From positions 480,001 to 544,000 of the forward strand of contig CAXXVZ010000002.1 of NCBI GenBank assembly GCA_963678065.2: a stretch of 64,000 nt of DNA, read 5' to 3'. Shown here piece after piece: positions 18,001 through 28,617 of the stretch (positions within the stretch are counted from its first letter, which is position 1; each line of letters opens with the position of its first letter). The translations under genes were made by a program, and so were the position numbers. The notes beneath the pieces are model-generated. The model saw only the letters and a program-made list of their open reading frames with translations. It made no database searches and was not told where the DNA came from. Origin of the DNA: Treponemataceae bacterium. GTDB taxonomy: Bacteria; Spirochaetota; Spirochaetia; Treponematales; Rectinemataceae.

Positions 18001-18770
18001 TCAGCCGAGTCCCCGTAGAGTATGTCGTCCGCGTCCGAACCGTAGATCTCCGCGACCGCCTTCCGTTTCAGTTTGCCGGGCTCTCCGTCGAAAACCATCT
18101 TCCCTTCGCGGATTCCGATCACGCGGTCCGAGTATTTGACGGCTACGTCGACCTGATGGAGGTTCATGAGTATGGTGATGCCTGTCTTCCTGGAAATATG
18201 GTGCAGGTGATCCATGATGACCTTGGCGGAGCCCGGATCGAGCGAGGCGATGGGCTCATCGCAGAGAATGAGGCGGGGATCCTGAACAAGGGCCCTCGCT
18301 ATGCCCACCCGTTGTTTCTGCCCGCCCGAGAGCTGGTCGCAGCGTTTGTGGAGCTGATCCCGGAGTCCGAGCTCGCAGATAATGTCGTAGGCTCTGATCT
18401 TTTCCTCATGCGTGTAGATGCCGAGCGATCCTTCCAGTGTCGATTTGTAGCCAAGCCTTCCATGCAGGACATTTTCGGCGACAGTCTGTCGCGGCACGAG
18501 ATTGAAGTGCTGGAAAATCATACCGATCCTCGTTCGGACACGGCGCAGCCCGGCGCCGCGCTGGGCCCGGACATTGTCCCCGTCAAAGAGGATTGTCCCG
18601 GAACTGGCCTCTATCATCCGGTTGACGCAGCGCAGAAGTGTCGATTTGCCCGCGCCCGAGCGGCCGATCACCGAAACGAATTCTCCCGCCTTCACCTTGA
18701 GGCTCACGTCCTCGAGAGCGCGGACATCCTTGTAATACTTGGTCAGATTCTGTATCTGGAGAATCGGCAT
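17997..18770 (-). CDS. phnC: Phosphonate ABC ATPase
   Basis: GRSGAGKST, FQHFNLV, LSGGQKQRVGIARAL, DEPIASLDP, NLHQV (alternative GTG start at 18827). Confidence 0.93.
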   Translation of the reverse strand: MPILQIQNLTKYYKDVRALEDVSLKVKAGEFVSVIGRSGAGKSTLLRCVNRMIEASSGTILFDGDNVRAQRGAGLRRVRTRIGMIFQHFNLVPRQTVAENVLHGRLGYKSTLEGSLGIYTHEEKIRAYDIICELGLRDQLHKRCDQLSGGQKQRVGIARALVQDPRLILCDEPIASLDPGSAKVIMDHLHHISRKTGITILMNLHQVDVAVKYSDRVIGIREGKMVFDGEPGKLKRKAVAEIYGSDADDILYGDSAE

Positions 18771-18842
18771 CGGCCCTCCCGTATCGCGGACGAAATCAGG
18801 CTCCGGAGCCAGAACGCATCCGGACACCCGATTTCGCTTTGG

Positions 18843-19877
18843 TTACTTCATGAGTTCGCGGATATCGTCATACCAGGACGCTTCCACGTTCAGGAACCGT
18901 TCGTTCGCGGTTTTCTTGAACAGTCCCTTGTAAGGCTTTCCGCTGGCATCGGTGTATCCTGCGGGCGTGAATATGGCGGGGTTGGCGGCGGTCTCCGCGG
19001 AGGTGAAGGCGGCCCGGAGCGCGGCGAATTCAGCTGAAGAAATCTGGTCCATATTCACAATGAGCGGGGCCTGGCGCACCGCGATGGACTTGAGGATGGT
19101 GAACGACGCGCCAGGAACGTTGTCGAAGGGGGCTGCGGCTCCGGCCTTGGTTCTATAGACCGCGCCGGCGACATTGTGGACGCCGGAGACGAGATCGAAG
19201 TAGGAATCGACATCGATATCATCGACGGCGCAGACATCGGCTTTCCCCGAAAGCACATTGTAGATGGAACCCTGGTGGCTCTGTCCGAATACGACCTTTC
19301 CAAAGAATTTGTCCGGCCCGCCTTCGAGGAAGAGGTCTTCGGTCTTGACGTTCTCGTCCCACTTCATCTGCGCCGCGAAGATTGACTTCAGCATGGCGGC
19401 GGGGATGACGAAACCCGAAGTCGAACTCGACGACACGAAAGACATTGTCTTTCCCTTGATTCCGTCGAGAGTGTAGGTCTTGCCGTTCAGGTACTTTGGA
19501 GCATCCGCGGTACGGACGGCGACGCGGCTGTAGTAGACCGAATCATCGAGCGTGCCCTTGGGGCTCGAAATGGTGACGAGGGGAACGACTTTCGGATTCT
19601 TCACGGACGCCTGGATGTAGCCGACGGCGCCCGGATAGGCGATAGCGGCGTTTCCGCTGGCGATCGCCTCGATGGCGATGACGTAATCGGTGGTCAGCTT
19701 GTCCACGACAGGTCTTCCCGTCGCCTTCGAGATGAGGTCGTTGAGCGCCTGGCGCGCGGACTTCCAGTCTTCGCCGGAATTGTTCGGATACCAGACGACA
19801 GTGAGAGGCTTAGGCGCGGCAAATGCCGTCGTCGCGCCGAGCAGCGCAATCAGGACAAGGACAATCGCTCTCTTCAT
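18843..19877 (-). CDS. phnD: Phosphonate ABC substrate-binding protein
   Basis: Signal peptide; TDYVIAIEA, YYS, SSTSGF and SHQGS motifs. Confidence 0.9.
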   Translation of the reverse strand: MKRAIVLVLIALLGATTAFAAPKPLTVVWYPNNSGEDWKSARQALNDLISKATGRPVVDKLTTDYVIAIEAIASGNAAIAYPGAVGYIQASVKNPKVVPLVTISSPKGTLDDSVYYSRVAVRTADAPKYLNGKTYTLDGIKGKTMSFVSSSSTSGFVIPAAMLKSIFAAQMKWDENVKTEDLFLEGGPDKFFGKVVFGQSHQGSIYNVLSGKADVCAVDDIDVDSYFDLVSGVHNVAGAVYRTKAGAAAPFDNVPGASFTILKSIAVRQAPLIVNMDQISSAEFAALRAAFTSAETAANPAIFTPAGYTDASGKPYKGLFKKTANERFLNVEASWYDDIRELMK

Positions 19878-19942
19878 GTTTTCCCTCCGGAATCATTGGT
19901 CGACTCGGGAGTGTTCGGCGCCGCGTGCGGTCCCTGCGCTCC

Positions 19943-20014
19943 CGTCACCAGCTTGGAACAGGACTGTCAGGTTTACGAGGGATTCGGATAAGAAAAGCGG
20001 CAGAAGTTCATGAG
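19943..20014 (-). promoter_or_regulatory. Pho-box-like 11-bp-period repeats upstream of phnD
   Basis: Minus strand CTCATG, CTGCCG, CTTATC, (CCCTCG), CTGACA, (GTTCCA), GTGACG at 11-bp steps. Confidence 0.45.
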
Positions 20015-20871
20015 CGCCCCGTAAGCGCAACGGAAGGGTTGCGGGGCCTGAGCCTTGCTCCGACTCCGGCCGGGGCGATGATCTCCCCCATGGAGTGTTC
20101 TGAACCGAACACTCCGTGATTGTCGCTGCCACCCGTCAGGATGAGATGGGGGTGGCGGGCCTTGGCTTTGCGGACAAGCCTGCGGTGCGTGCCGTCGTGG
20201 TCTTCGTGGAACAGCTCTATGCCGTCCAGTCCCGCATCGACGAGTTCGTCGATGATGTCCCAGGAATCGAGCTGCCCGGGATGGGCCAGTATCGCATAAC
20301 CTCCGTCTTCTCTGACCGCGCGCACCGCACCGAAAACATCTGCGTACACGATTTCCAGATCGCAAATTCCACCGTTTTTGAATATTTTCCTGTATGTCTC
20401 CCCATAGTAGCCGTCCGCCAGTTTCTTCCCGCAGAGCAGGGCCATTATGTGCTGCTTGTAGAGCGTCGCCGCGCTTCCCGCAGCATTTCCCGCCTCCCGC
20501 CTGACTTCTTCCACGCTGACCGGATAGCCGGCCGCCCGCAGGATGCCGATTTGCGCAACCGTCATCGCGTCACGGGCTCTGAGAATGGGATCGCAGAGTT
20601 TCCTGATCGCCGGGGCCGGGAGGGTGTATGAGTATCCGAGAATGTGGACTTTCCGCGATCGGCGGAAATCGTAGGCTGATATTTCCACACCGGGGATTAC
20701 CTGAATGCCGAGAGCGGGACCGAGGGCGAGGGCTTCGGCCGTGCCCGCTGTCGTGTCGTGATCGACGAAGGAAACGCAATCGAGACCGCGCTTCTTCGCT
20801 TCGGCGAGAGCTTCGGGCACGGACATGGATCCGTCCGAATGGCGGGTGTGTATGTGAAGATCCGCCGCCAT
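20008..20871 (-). CDS. PHP-family phosphoesterase, probably a PhnPP-type ribose cyclic-phosphate dihydrolase
   Basis: DLHIHTRHSDG, DHDT, GVEIS, HILGY, AHP, GGSDNHG; lies inside a phn operon that lacks phnP and phnN. Confidence 0.8.
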   Translation of the reverse strand: MAADLHIHTRHSDGSMSVPEALAEAKKRGLDCVSFVDHDTTAGTAEALALGPALGIQVIPGVEISAYDFRRSRKVHILGYSYTLPAPAIRKLCDPILRARDAMTVAQIGILRAAGYPVSVEEVRREAGNAAGSAATLYKQHIMALLCGKKLADGYYGETYRKIFKNGGICDLEIVYADVFGAVRAVREDGGYAILAHPGQLDSWDIIDELVDAGLDGIELFHEDHDGTHRRLVRKAKARHPHLILTGGSDNHGVFGSEHSMGEIIAPAGVGARLRPRNPSVALTGRS

Positions 20872-20872
20872 G

Positions 20873-21592
20873 TCAGTCCGCCCCATCCCGGTCATCCGTG
20901 AATCGCCCCGTATTCATGCTGTAGACTTTGTCGCACAGTCCCTGCATGAACTCGAGATCGTGGAAAATGCCGAGCATCGTCGTGCCATCCCGTTTCAGCT
21001 GCTCGATGAGGACCCGCACCTTCGCCTTCGCATGCCGGTCCAGGCTCGCCGTCGGCTCGTCGAGAAGGAGAAACCTCGGATGCTTGACCATGGCCCGCGC
21101 GATGTTGAGCCGCAGTTTTTCTCCTCCGGAAAATGTCGACGCGTAGCTGTCCCAGAGTTCGCGGTCGAGCTCGAAATGGGAGAGCATGGCTTCGGCCTCC
21201 ATGCGGGCTTCGGATGCGGAACGCCCTGTCCCGAGAACGGCCGTCTCGATGGTTTCCCTCGCCGTCGTCCGCGGCAGCAGATCGAGAAACTGACTTACGT
21301 GGGCGATCTCGTGCCTGCGCAGGTACACTATCTGACGTTCGTCCGCCTTGAAGAGGTCGATCTTTCCGAAACGGGCCGAGTCGTACATCACGCTTCCTTC
21401 CTGGGGGACATAGGTCCTGTAGATCAGCTTCAGGATGGTCGATTTCCCCGAACCGCTGCGTCCCGTGATGCCGACAAACTCTCCTTTCGGAAGGTCGAAG
21501 CTGATCCCCGAGCAGGCGCGGATGTGTTTCCCGAGCTGGTGGAAGGTGAAGGACTTGCCGATGGAATCGACCTTGAGTACGCAGCCGTTCAC
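20873..21592 (-). CDS. phnL: C-P lyase ATPase subunit
   Basis: [43 protein letters not shown]. Confidence 0.93.
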   Translation of the reverse strand: MNGCVLKVDSIGKSFTFHQLGKHIRACSGISFDLPKGEFVGITGRSGSGKSTILKLIYRTYVPQEGSVMYDSARFGKIDLFKADERQIVYLRRHEIAHVSQFLDLLPRTTARETIETAVLGTGRSASEARMEAEAMLSHFELDRELWDSYASTFSGGEKLRLNIARAMVKHPRFLLLDEPTASLDRHAKAKVRVLIEQLKRDGTTMLGIFHDLEFMQGLCDKVYSMNTGRFTDDRDGAD

Positions 21593-22350
21593 CGGGCGCC
21601 CCTCTTCCCATCGGCGTCTCCGCCATCCACATCCCCGGCGCGGCCGCCACAGGCGTCGTTGTCGTTGTCGTTGTCCCAGCCGCCGTAGAGACAGATGAAA
21701 TCTTCCACGCCGCCGCAGAAATCCTTCAGTCGTTCATGGATCGTCCGGTGTTCCCAGTTCCACCATGCAATGAGGGATAAGGTATGCCGCACCGGTTCGG
21801 GAAAACGGTATTTCACGAGTCGGGCCGGAACGCCAACGGCGATTCCGTATGCCGGAAGATCCCTTGTAAGGACGGCACCCGCGCCGACGACAGCCCCGTC
21901 CCCGACCTTCACTCCAGGCATGATTATGGCCCCGTGTCCTATCCAGGTGTCGTGGCCGATGCGCGTCACCTGTTCCTCTCTCCAGGAAAAGAACTCCGCA
22001 TCATCCACGTCGCCGAATCCGTAGCGGGCTCGCCTGTAGGTAAAATGGTGGAGCGTAGGCCTATCCATCGGATGACGTGTCGGCCCGATTCTCACAGCCG
22101 CGGCGATATTGGAAAACTTTCCGATAACGGCGTTCTGGATGCAGCAGTTCGGGCCAGTGTAGGAATAAGCCCCCATGCTCACGTTCTCAAAGACATTGTG
22201 CTCTCCGATCTCGGTGTAGGCTCCGAGCTCCACATTCTTCATGCTCGCCGTATCGCTGATGAAAGGTTCTTCCGAGAGGCGAACGTCATCGCGCTTTTCC
22301 ATGCCCATGTCGGTCCTCGCACGTGTATCGGTGCGCACGTTTATATCCAC
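21589..22350 (-). CDS. Hexapeptide-repeat (CatB/Vat-like) acetyltransferase of phn clusters
   Basis: [42 protein letters not shown]. Confidence 0.88.
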   Translation of the reverse strand: MDINVRTDTRARTDMGMEKRDDVRLSEEPFISDTASMKNVELGAYTEIGEHNVFENVSMGAYSYTGPNCCIQNAVIGKFSNIAAAVRIGPTRHPMDRPTLHHFTYRRARYGFGDVDDAEFFSWREEQVTRIGHDTWIGHGAIIMPGVKVGDGAVVGAGAVLTRDLPAYGIAVGVPARLVKYRFPEPVRHTLSLIAWWNWEHRTIHERLKDFCGGVEDFICLYGGWDNDNDNDACGGRAGDVDGGDADGKRGAR

Positions 22351-22352
22351 GC

Positions 22353-23528
22353 TCAGGTCCTGTATCCGGTGGCAAGAATCCTGCGTCCATCGACGAAGAC
22401 CGAAGTGATGACAGGAAAATCCCCGTCCACGGTTTCGACGATGAGGAGATCAGCCTTTTTGCCGGTTTCGATCGAGCCCAGCTCCCTGTCCATGCGGACG
22501 GCGCGGGCCGGATTCAGGGTGACGAGTCTGGTCAGGAATGGCAGCCCGAGTCCGTCTTCCCTGCTCAGCAGGAATATCGCGTGCAGCATCGCGGCCGGGT
22601 AATAATCGGAGCACAGGATGTCCACACAACCGTCGAGGATCGCCGTCCTCGCGCCGAGGTTGCCGGAATGGGATCCCCCGAGAAGGACGTTGGGAGCGCC
22701 CGCCACCGTGTGCATCCCCCTGCGTTTCGCCTCTCTGGCCGTTTCAAGCGTAACGGGGAACTCGCTGATAGTGGCGCCGAATTCCATGACGAGGGCAATT
22801 TTTTCGACACTGTCGTCGTCATGGGAAGCGATCGCCACGCCGCGCGATTCAGCAAGTTCGACCAGAGCCCGGATTTCGCGGAGGGTCAGCTTGGCGCTGT
22901 TCCGCGTTGTCTCGATGAGCTCGTCGACCTGGCTTTCAGTGAGGTCGCGATAGCCGAGCAGGGTTTTGCGGAACACCTCGAGATCGCGATACTGTCCCTG
23001 CCCCGGCGAATGGTCCATGAAGGAGACGAGATGGACCTTCCCATCCCGCAGGTAGCCCGCGAGTTCTTCTGTCCGCGCGAGATTGTCTATCTCGAAGCGG
23101 GCGTGAAAGCGGTGGCGGATGAGGTGGCGCGATGCGTGCGTCGCGTCGATGAGATCGATGAAGCGCCGCGTGTTTGCCGGGTCGCGTATCGGTTTCGTGT
23201 CGAAGACCGGCTGGTTGTACAGCGAGAGGGAATGAAAGGTCGTCGTGATTCCGTGCGTGGCCAGCTCCCGTTCGGCCTCGCGGAGGCTCAGCCGGAAATC
23301 CATGAGACTCGTGGGGCGCGGGGCGGCCATGTGCTCGATATAGTCGGAATGGATGTCGATGAAGCCGGGGAGGACATACCCATTTCTCGCGTCCGTCACC
23401 GCCCCGAGGCCGGCTTCATGATTCCCCCGCGGCAGGATCGCATGAATCGTATCGCCCTCGATGATCAGGTCCCTGCCCTCAAGGACTCTGTCCTCCATGA
23501 CGATCCTGCCGTTCGTGATTACATGCAT
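22353..23528 (-). CDS. phnM: Alpha-D-ribose 1-methylphosphonate 5-triphosphate diphosphatase
   Basis: [46 protein letters not shown]. Confidence 0.95.
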   Translation of the reverse strand: MHVITNGRIVMEDRVLEGRDLIIEGDTIHAILPRGNHEAGLGAVTDARNGYVLPGFIDIHSDYIEHMAAPRPTSLMDFRLSLREAERELATHGITTTFHSLSLYNQPVFDTKPIRDPANTRRFIDLIDATHASRHLIRHRFHARFEIDNLARTEELAGYLRDGKVHLVSFMDHSPGQGQYRDLEVFRKTLLGYRDLTESQVDELIETTRNSAKLTLREIRALVELAESRGVAIASHDDDSVEKIALVMEFGATISEFPVTLETAREAKRRGMHTVAGAPNVLLGGSHSGNLGARTAILDGCVDILCSDYYPAAMLHAIFLLSREDGLGLPFLTRLVTLNPARAVRMDRELGSIETGKKADLLIVETVDGDFPVITSVFVDGRRILATGYRT

Positions 23529-23538
23529 TGTCGCTTCC

Positions 23539-24441
23539 TTACAGCATTGAATGGACCAATTCCTGGGTGTAAGGATGCTGAGGATCCTCCAGGATCTGGT
23601 CGGTGAGACCGCGTTCAACGATGACCCCGTTCAGCATGACGAGGGTTCTGTCCGCCAGCATCCGGATGACGCCGAGGTCATGCGACACCAGGAGGATACT
23701 GATACCCGATTCCCTCTGGATCTGTTTGATGAGGTCGAGAACTTTCGCCTGAACCGATACGTCGAGCCCTGTCGTCACTTCGTCGAGAAGCAAAACGGGC
23801 GGATTGGTGGAGAGTGCCTTGGCTATCTGCACGCGCTGTTGCATGCCGCCCGAAAAATTCACGGGCGCATCCTTCATGCGGAATCGCGGAATGTTGACAT
23901 AATCCAGAAGGTCGATTGCACGTTTTTCCATGACGCCGACATTGCGTTTCCCGGCCGCGATCTGTCTCTCCGCGATGTTGGAAACTGACGAGAACCGCAT
24001 TCTGAGCCCCAGGACAGGATTCTGGTAGACCTTGCCGAAAATAGTGTTCCGTATCTGGCGGCGCATCTGGGAGGAGAGGGCAAAGATATCCCTGTCTCCA
24101 TCCCCGACTTCCGAGATGAAGGCGCGCCCCGAACTCGGTTCCATATCAAAAAAAAGACAGTTGAGGATTGTGGATTTTCCGGAACCGGACTCGCCGACAA
24201 TCCCGAGGACTTCCCCGGCATACAGTTCAAGAGAAATGCCTCTCAGGGCATGGACTGTCCCGCATGCCGGGCAATAATTGCGGTCCAGACGCTCACCGAC
24301 TGCCGCGACACCGTGTGCGAGCATATCGCCGCCAGTCAGGGTACCGCCCGCGACAGCCTCTCTTGCGCAGCGGGGACATCCCGGGCCAAAACGTTTGCAC
24401 AGGGACTCCACTCTCAGCACGATTTCGCCTGCCCCGCTCAC
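23539..24441 (-). CDS. phnK: C-P lyase ATPase subunit
   Basis: GESGSGKST, FSGGMQQRVQIAKAL, DEVTTGLDVSVQA, DPQHPYTQEL; GTG start overlaps the phnJ stop. Confidence 0.93.
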   Translation of the reverse strand: MSGAGEIVLRVESLCKRFGPGCPRCAREAVAGGTLTGGDMLAHGVAAVGERLDRNYCPACGTVHALRGISLELYAGEVLGIVGESGSGKSTILNCLFFDMEPSSGRAFISEVGDGDRDIFALSSQMRRQIRNTIFGKVYQNPVLGLRMRFSSVSNIAERQIAAGKRNVGVMEKRAIDLLDYVNIPRFRMKDAPVNFSGGMQQRVQIAKALSTNPPVLLLDEVTTGLDVSVQAKVLDLIKQIQRESGISILLVSHDLGVIRMLADRTLVMLNGVIVERGLTDQILEDPQHPYTQELVHSML

Positions 24442-25325
24442 AAAAGAGCTTCCCCGGGCTCCGCGGCGGCGCGGGAGCCCGCAATCGCGCGTGCCCTCAT
24501 GCCTGCGCAGAATCCCGTATCGTTGCACTGGTACCGTGCCTCGCCCGAAACAGGGTCGACAAGTTCGTCCAGGAAAACTCCCTCGGAGCCGCACAGGGAG
24601 CAGCGCCTGCCCTGAAACCTTTCGACTTCGAAGGGGTGATCCTCGAAATCGAGAGAAACGACATCGGTGTGCGGCGGCACCGCGTAGATTTTCTTTTCCC
24701 GTCCGGCGCCGAGGAGGATGAGGGCTTCCGATCTGTGCATTTTCGGATTGTCGAAACGCGGGATCGGGCTCGGCGCCATGATGTAGCGCCCGTGAGTTGT
24801 GACGGGATGGTCGGCGCCCGAGGAAACCCGGCCGTATCTCATGATCTCCTCGAATAGCGCAAGATAGGCTCCGGAATATTCCTTTTCAGCGTGAAGCCTC
24901 TTCGTGACGCTTTCGCTCGGTTCCACAAATCGCAGCGGTTCGGGAGTCGGAACCTGGAGCACGAGGATCTGGTCACTTCTCAAGGGCGTTTCGGGTATCC
25001 TGTGCCTGGATTGAATGATACTGGCCTCCGCGGTGTCGTCCGTCGTCGATATCCCCGTCGTGCCCGCGACCAGCTTCTTGATGCTCACGGCGTTGACGGA
25101 TTCATCCGAGCCCTGGTCGATCACCTTGAGCACGTCGTCCTTTCCGATCAGGGACAATGTGATCTGGAGTCCGCCCGTTCCCCAACCCCTGGCGACGGGC
25201 ATTTCGCGCGAGGCGAAAGGGACTTGGTAACCCGGTATGGCGATAGCCTTCAGAATGCTGCGCCTGATTTCGCGTTTGGAGCCTTCGTCGAAAAAGGCGA
25301 AATTGTAGAGTGACCTGTCTGTCAT
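24438..25325 (-). CDS. phnJ: Radical-SAM C-P lyase
   Basis: PGYQVPFASREMP, GWGTGG, GAGREKKIYAVPP, CSLC...CNDTGFC. Confidence 0.97.
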   Translation of the reverse strand: MTDRSLYNFAFFDEGSKREIRRSILKAIAIPGYQVPFASREMPVARGWGTGGLQITLSLIGKDDVLKVIDQGSDESVNAVSIKKLVAGTTGISTTDDTAEASIIQSRHRIPETPLRSDQILVLQVPTPEPLRFVEPSESVTKRLHAEKEYSGAYLALFEEIMRYGRVSSGADHPVTTHGRYIMAPSPIPRFDNPKMHRSEALILLGAGREKKIYAVPPHTDVVSLDFEDHPFEVERFQGRRCSLCGSEGVFLDELVDPVSGEARYQCNDTGFCAGMRARAIAGSRAAAEPGEALL

Positions 25326-26416
25326 TCATCGCTCTCCTTGACCCTCCGGAGACTGTCGAGCTTGGACTGGAATGTCACATAGTGGGGAAGCTTGAGATGC
25401 GAGATGAATCCGGTGGCTTCCACCGAATCAACGTGGGGGAGGACGAATTCCTCGTCCTGGGTCGGATACCGCTTGTCCTCCGACTCGAGACACTGGTCGA
25501 GAATGCTCATCGCGATGGCTTTCGTTTCGTTCTGCCCGAAACAGATACCGTAGCCCATGTCGAACCTTATTTCGGAACGTCCCTCCGGCAGGGGAACAGG
25601 GACCGGCACGAGAGTTTCCACCTCGGTAATCCTGATGTCGCCGATGTAATAGGAGTCTTCGTCCCCCGTTCCGGAAAAAGGATCCGGGATGAAAACAGGG
25701 AGTCGTCCGACCCGCAGTTCCGCCACAGTCGGGTGCAGAACGCCGTAGCCCCGCAACGCGGCATAGCCGAGCGCGGTCACGGCCCCTGTCTGACCCCGTG
25801 TCAGTATCTGCAGCCTCTCGGAACGCACCGAGGGAAATTCCAGAACGGTCTTGGTGACATCGCGAGGCTCGCCATCATCGGGCTTCACTTCTTTCATGAA
25901 TCCCAATTTCCTGAGATGCCCGATCACCTTCGGAAAAGAGGGAAGAGGTACGCATTCCCCATCGGTTTTCGCCAGATAGCAGGAGAGCCATTCCGCGGCA
26001 TTCTCTTCAGTTTCCCCGAACAAATCCCCGTCGATGAGCCGGTGCGTGTAGTCGCACGAAGCGCCGAGAATCTGGCCTCCGGGGATATCCTTGAAGCTCG
26101 ACGATATCCTGCGTTCCACGAACATGAGTCCGGTATCCACTTCGAGGGAGTAATGCTTTCGCGGCAGCGTGGACCTGAAAGCCCGCATGAGGAAGACAGC
26201 CTCCTCGGGACTCCCTTCTGCCTGTTTGATCGCCGCCGCGGTCACTGTTTCATCGTGAAGACTCGCCTCGGACATGACCTGATCGACGAGAGCCCTCATC
26301 CCTCCCCGGATCGCCCCGACATCGGGCACCCTGCCTGTCCGAAGCCGCTCATAGGTGAGTTTCTCTATCGAAGCTTCGATAGCCTGCGTCCCTCCGCGAA
26401 CCGCGACATACGCCAT
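25322..26416 (-). CDS. phnI: C-P lyase complex subunit
   Basis: MAYVAVRGG, ERRISSSFKDIPGGQILG, HLKLPHYVTFQS. Confidence 0.96.
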   Translation of the reverse strand: MAYVAVRGGTQAIEASIEKLTYERLRTGRVPDVGAIRGGMRALVDQVMSEASLHDETVTAAAIKQAEGSPEEAVFLMRAFRSTLPRKHYSLEVDTGLMFVERRISSSFKDIPGGQILGASCDYTHRLIDGDLFGETEENAAEWLSCYLAKTDGECVPLPSFPKVIGHLRKLGFMKEVKPDDGEPRDVTKTVLEFPSVRSERLQILTRGQTGAVTALGYAALRGYGVLHPTVAELRVGRLPVFIPDPFSGTGDEDSYYIGDIRITEVETLVPVPVPLPEGRSEIRFDMGYGICFGQNETKAIAMSILDQCLESEDKRYPTQDEEFVLPHVDSVEATGFISHLKLPHYVTFQSKLDSLRRVKESDE

Positions 26417-26417
26417 C

Positions 26418-27020
26418 TCAGCCCCCCCTTTCGATCCGCGTCGTGCGCGGGGCGAAGGCGAGACGTCCATTGCCGTCGATGAGGATCATATCGATTCCCA
26501 AAGGGTATTCCGCGTTTTTGACCGCTCTCGTGTCGACCCAGGACAGATCGCCACCGGCTTTCATGCGGCGGCTGGTCCGGATGCCGGGACCGGAGAACGT
26601 CAGAACTTCATGCCCGCCCGAGTCCACCGCGGGGGCGATGAAGGGCAATTCGAGCACGACCGTAGCTCCTCTGTGAGGGTCGGCGAGCGTTCCCGTTCTA
26701 GCCGCCTCCAGCACCCGGACCCCGAAGGGACAATCGGAAGAAATGAAGATGAAATCCGCTTCTCCGGGTTCCCGACGCCTTGCGAACGTCATGCGGGACA
26801 CAAGAGTCTCACACTCTTCCGAATGCCCGGAGGCAAAGCAAAATCCCGTTTCGGCGTCCAGAAGCGTGAGGGCGATCAGCAAAATCTCACGGGAGACGGG
26901 AAGTCCGGCGTCCAGCCTTCCGCATTCCGGTTCCAGGTCGACAATTTCTCCGGGGAAGGAGGCGGCCCTCATGATCTTCCTGAACACACTCTGGAGGTCG
27001 TGCACGGGATCGAGTTTCAT
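26418..27020 (-). CDS. phnH: C-P lyase complex subunit
   Basis: QSVFRKIMRAASFPG, LTLLDAET, GPGI, YPLGID, PRTT. Confidence 0.93.
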   Translation of the reverse strand: MKLDPVHDLQSVFRKIMRAASFPGEIVDLEPECGRLDAGLPVSREILLIALTLLDAETGFCFASGHSEECETLVSRMTFARRREPGEADFIFISSDCPFGVRVLEAARTGTLADPHRGATVVLELPFIAPAVDSGGHEVLTFSGPGIRTSRRMKAGGDLSWVDTRAVKNAEYPLGIDMILIDGNGRLAFAPRTTRIERGG

Positions 27021-27451
27021 TGTGCGATCCCCACATCCATGCTTTCAAACTCGACCCTGGTCCGCATTATGCGCGCAGCTTCCTCTTCCTTCCTTCTCGT
27101 CGTTTTCTCCTCTTCCGATTCGAGGAGCCAGTCCCAGGCAGCAGAATTCCTGAAGACTCCCCCGCATGCCGCGTCGATGATAGCGAGCTGGCGGGCAGCC
27201 TCCGGTTTGTGGCCCGCGATGATGCCGATTCCGATATTCCCGTCGATCATCACCTTGGCTTCGGTCACCAGGATTTCCCCGAGGTAGAAGAGGCTGGCCT
27301 TGGCCGTCTCCCGGACCTTGATCATGACGAGACCCTCGTTCGGGGCCTCCAGATCCACGACTTCGTGCCCCGCCTCAACTGCCGAAGCCAGACTCCGGAG
27401 GAATTCCTCCTGGCCTTCGACCAGGATTTTCGTTCTTCTCGCGCGGTTCAC
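27017..27451 (-). CDS. phnG: C-P lyase complex subunit
   Basis: GLVMIKVRE, FYLGEILVTEA, LAIIDA, TRVEFESM. Confidence 0.93.
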   Translation of the reverse strand: MNRARRTKILVEGQEEFLRSLASAVEAGHEVVDLEAPNEGLVMIKVRETAKASLFYLGEILVTEAKVMIDGNIGIGIIAGHKPEAARQLAIIDAACGGVFRNSAAWDWLLESEEEKTTRRKEEEAARIMRTRVEFESMDVGIAQ

Positions 27452-27529
27452 GGTTGTCCACCACCTTTGATGCCGGTGAGGATAGGCAGGGACATGTGTG
27501 GCATTCGTGTGGATTGAAAAAGGAATCGA

Positions 27530-27697
27530 TTAAAACTGCGAATACAGGTTGTTCGAGAAAAACAGCTGCCCGGCCCACGCTTTCTCCATTGAGTCCAGAT
27601 CAATCGCTTCCTGCCGGAAAAGATTCTCCGCAAAGATGATGGCCAATATCGTCGACAACGATGTGAGCAGAACCAGTATCGATTCCCCGATTTCCAT
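27530..27697 (-). CDS. Putative 55-aa single-TM small protein upstream of phnG
   Basis: MEIGESILVLLTSLSTILAIIFAENLF...SQF*; SD-like AAGGCAGGG; below the ORF-track cutoff. Confidence 0.35.
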   Translation of the reverse strand: MEIGESILVLLTSLSTILAIIFAENLFRQEAIDLDSMEKAWAGQLFFSNNLYSQF

Positions 27698-27984
27698 TTT
27701 CACCCTGCCTTATAGAGAAATGGTATGGGGACCACCGACCTGACGCAAGCATGAAAATCGCAATTCATCAATTGCTGACGGCAATCTGATACAACGATTT
27801 CGCTTCGGGCGGGCTCTGCACAGACCGCGACCCCGGTCTTCAAGTGCGGCCATGACACGAATCCTCGAACTGAAGTTTTCCGTTTTTCTTCCCGTTCCTA
27901 TCCGGGATTTGCGCCACCATTCGGGATATCGTATCATCCGGATGAATGAGATCGTCGAGTCTCTCATTCCCAAGGAGAACAACG

Positions 27985-28476
27985 GTGAAAAAGATCCTGA
28001 TCGCATACGTATCGGAGACTGGTTCGACAAAAGAAGTCGCCGAAGAAATCGGACGCGTCATCTCGGAAGATGGATTTCAGACTGATGTCCAGCCTGTCTC
28101 CTCCGTCCTCTCTGCCGATCCCTACGACGGCGTGATCGTGGGGGCGCCCGTCAAGGGCATGCGCTGGCTGCCTGAAGCCCTTCAGTTCATCGAAGCGCAC
28201 AAAACAAGGCTTTCGTCGATTCCGACCGCATACTTCCTCCTCTCGGTAGCACTCATGGGCGACAGCCCACTCTTCAGCAAAAAAATCCCCTTCTGCTTCA
28301 AGCCCGCCTTTGCAATCGCAAAGCCGGCCGCGACTGCCTGTTTCGGAGGCGTAATGGCGAGCGAACCTCCTTTCATCCTGAGGCTGGTATTCGGCCTGAA
28401 AAAAGGGACTCCGAAAGACGGCCGCGACTGGCAGGCCATCAGGCTCTGGGCAAAAAAAACGGCCGCTCTGTTTTAA
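27985..28476 (+). CDS. Flavodoxin-domain protein (HemG-like)
   Basis: ILIAYVSETGSTKEVAEEIG FMN loop, IVGAP, FGG, DGRDWQAIRLWA; SD AAGGAG before GTG. Confidence 0.85.
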   Translation: MKKILIAYVSETGSTKEVAEEIGRVISEDGFQTDVQPVSSVLSADPYDGVIVGAPVKGMRWLPEALQFIEAHKTRLSSIPTAYFLLSVALMGDSPLFSKKIPFCFKPAFAIAKPAATACFGGVMASEPPFILRLVFGLKKGTPKDGRDWQAIRLWAKKTAALF

Positions 28477-28511
28477 TCTTTTCCTGACCGGCCTGTGACC
28501 CGCAGCTCATC
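28473..28511 (+). promoter_or_regulatory. Pho-box-like 11-bp-period repeats
   Basis: TTAATC (28473), CTGACC (28484), GTGACC (28495), CTCATC (28506). Confidence 0.55.
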
Positions 28512-28617
28512 TCCGTGATCCACAATCATTCTGGTGTGCGATTGCCGGTCCGCTCGTCAAGTCCGGTTCAAATCGTCATTATATCCGTAGTCGGAAGGAC
28601 GGGATGGAACGATCGTC

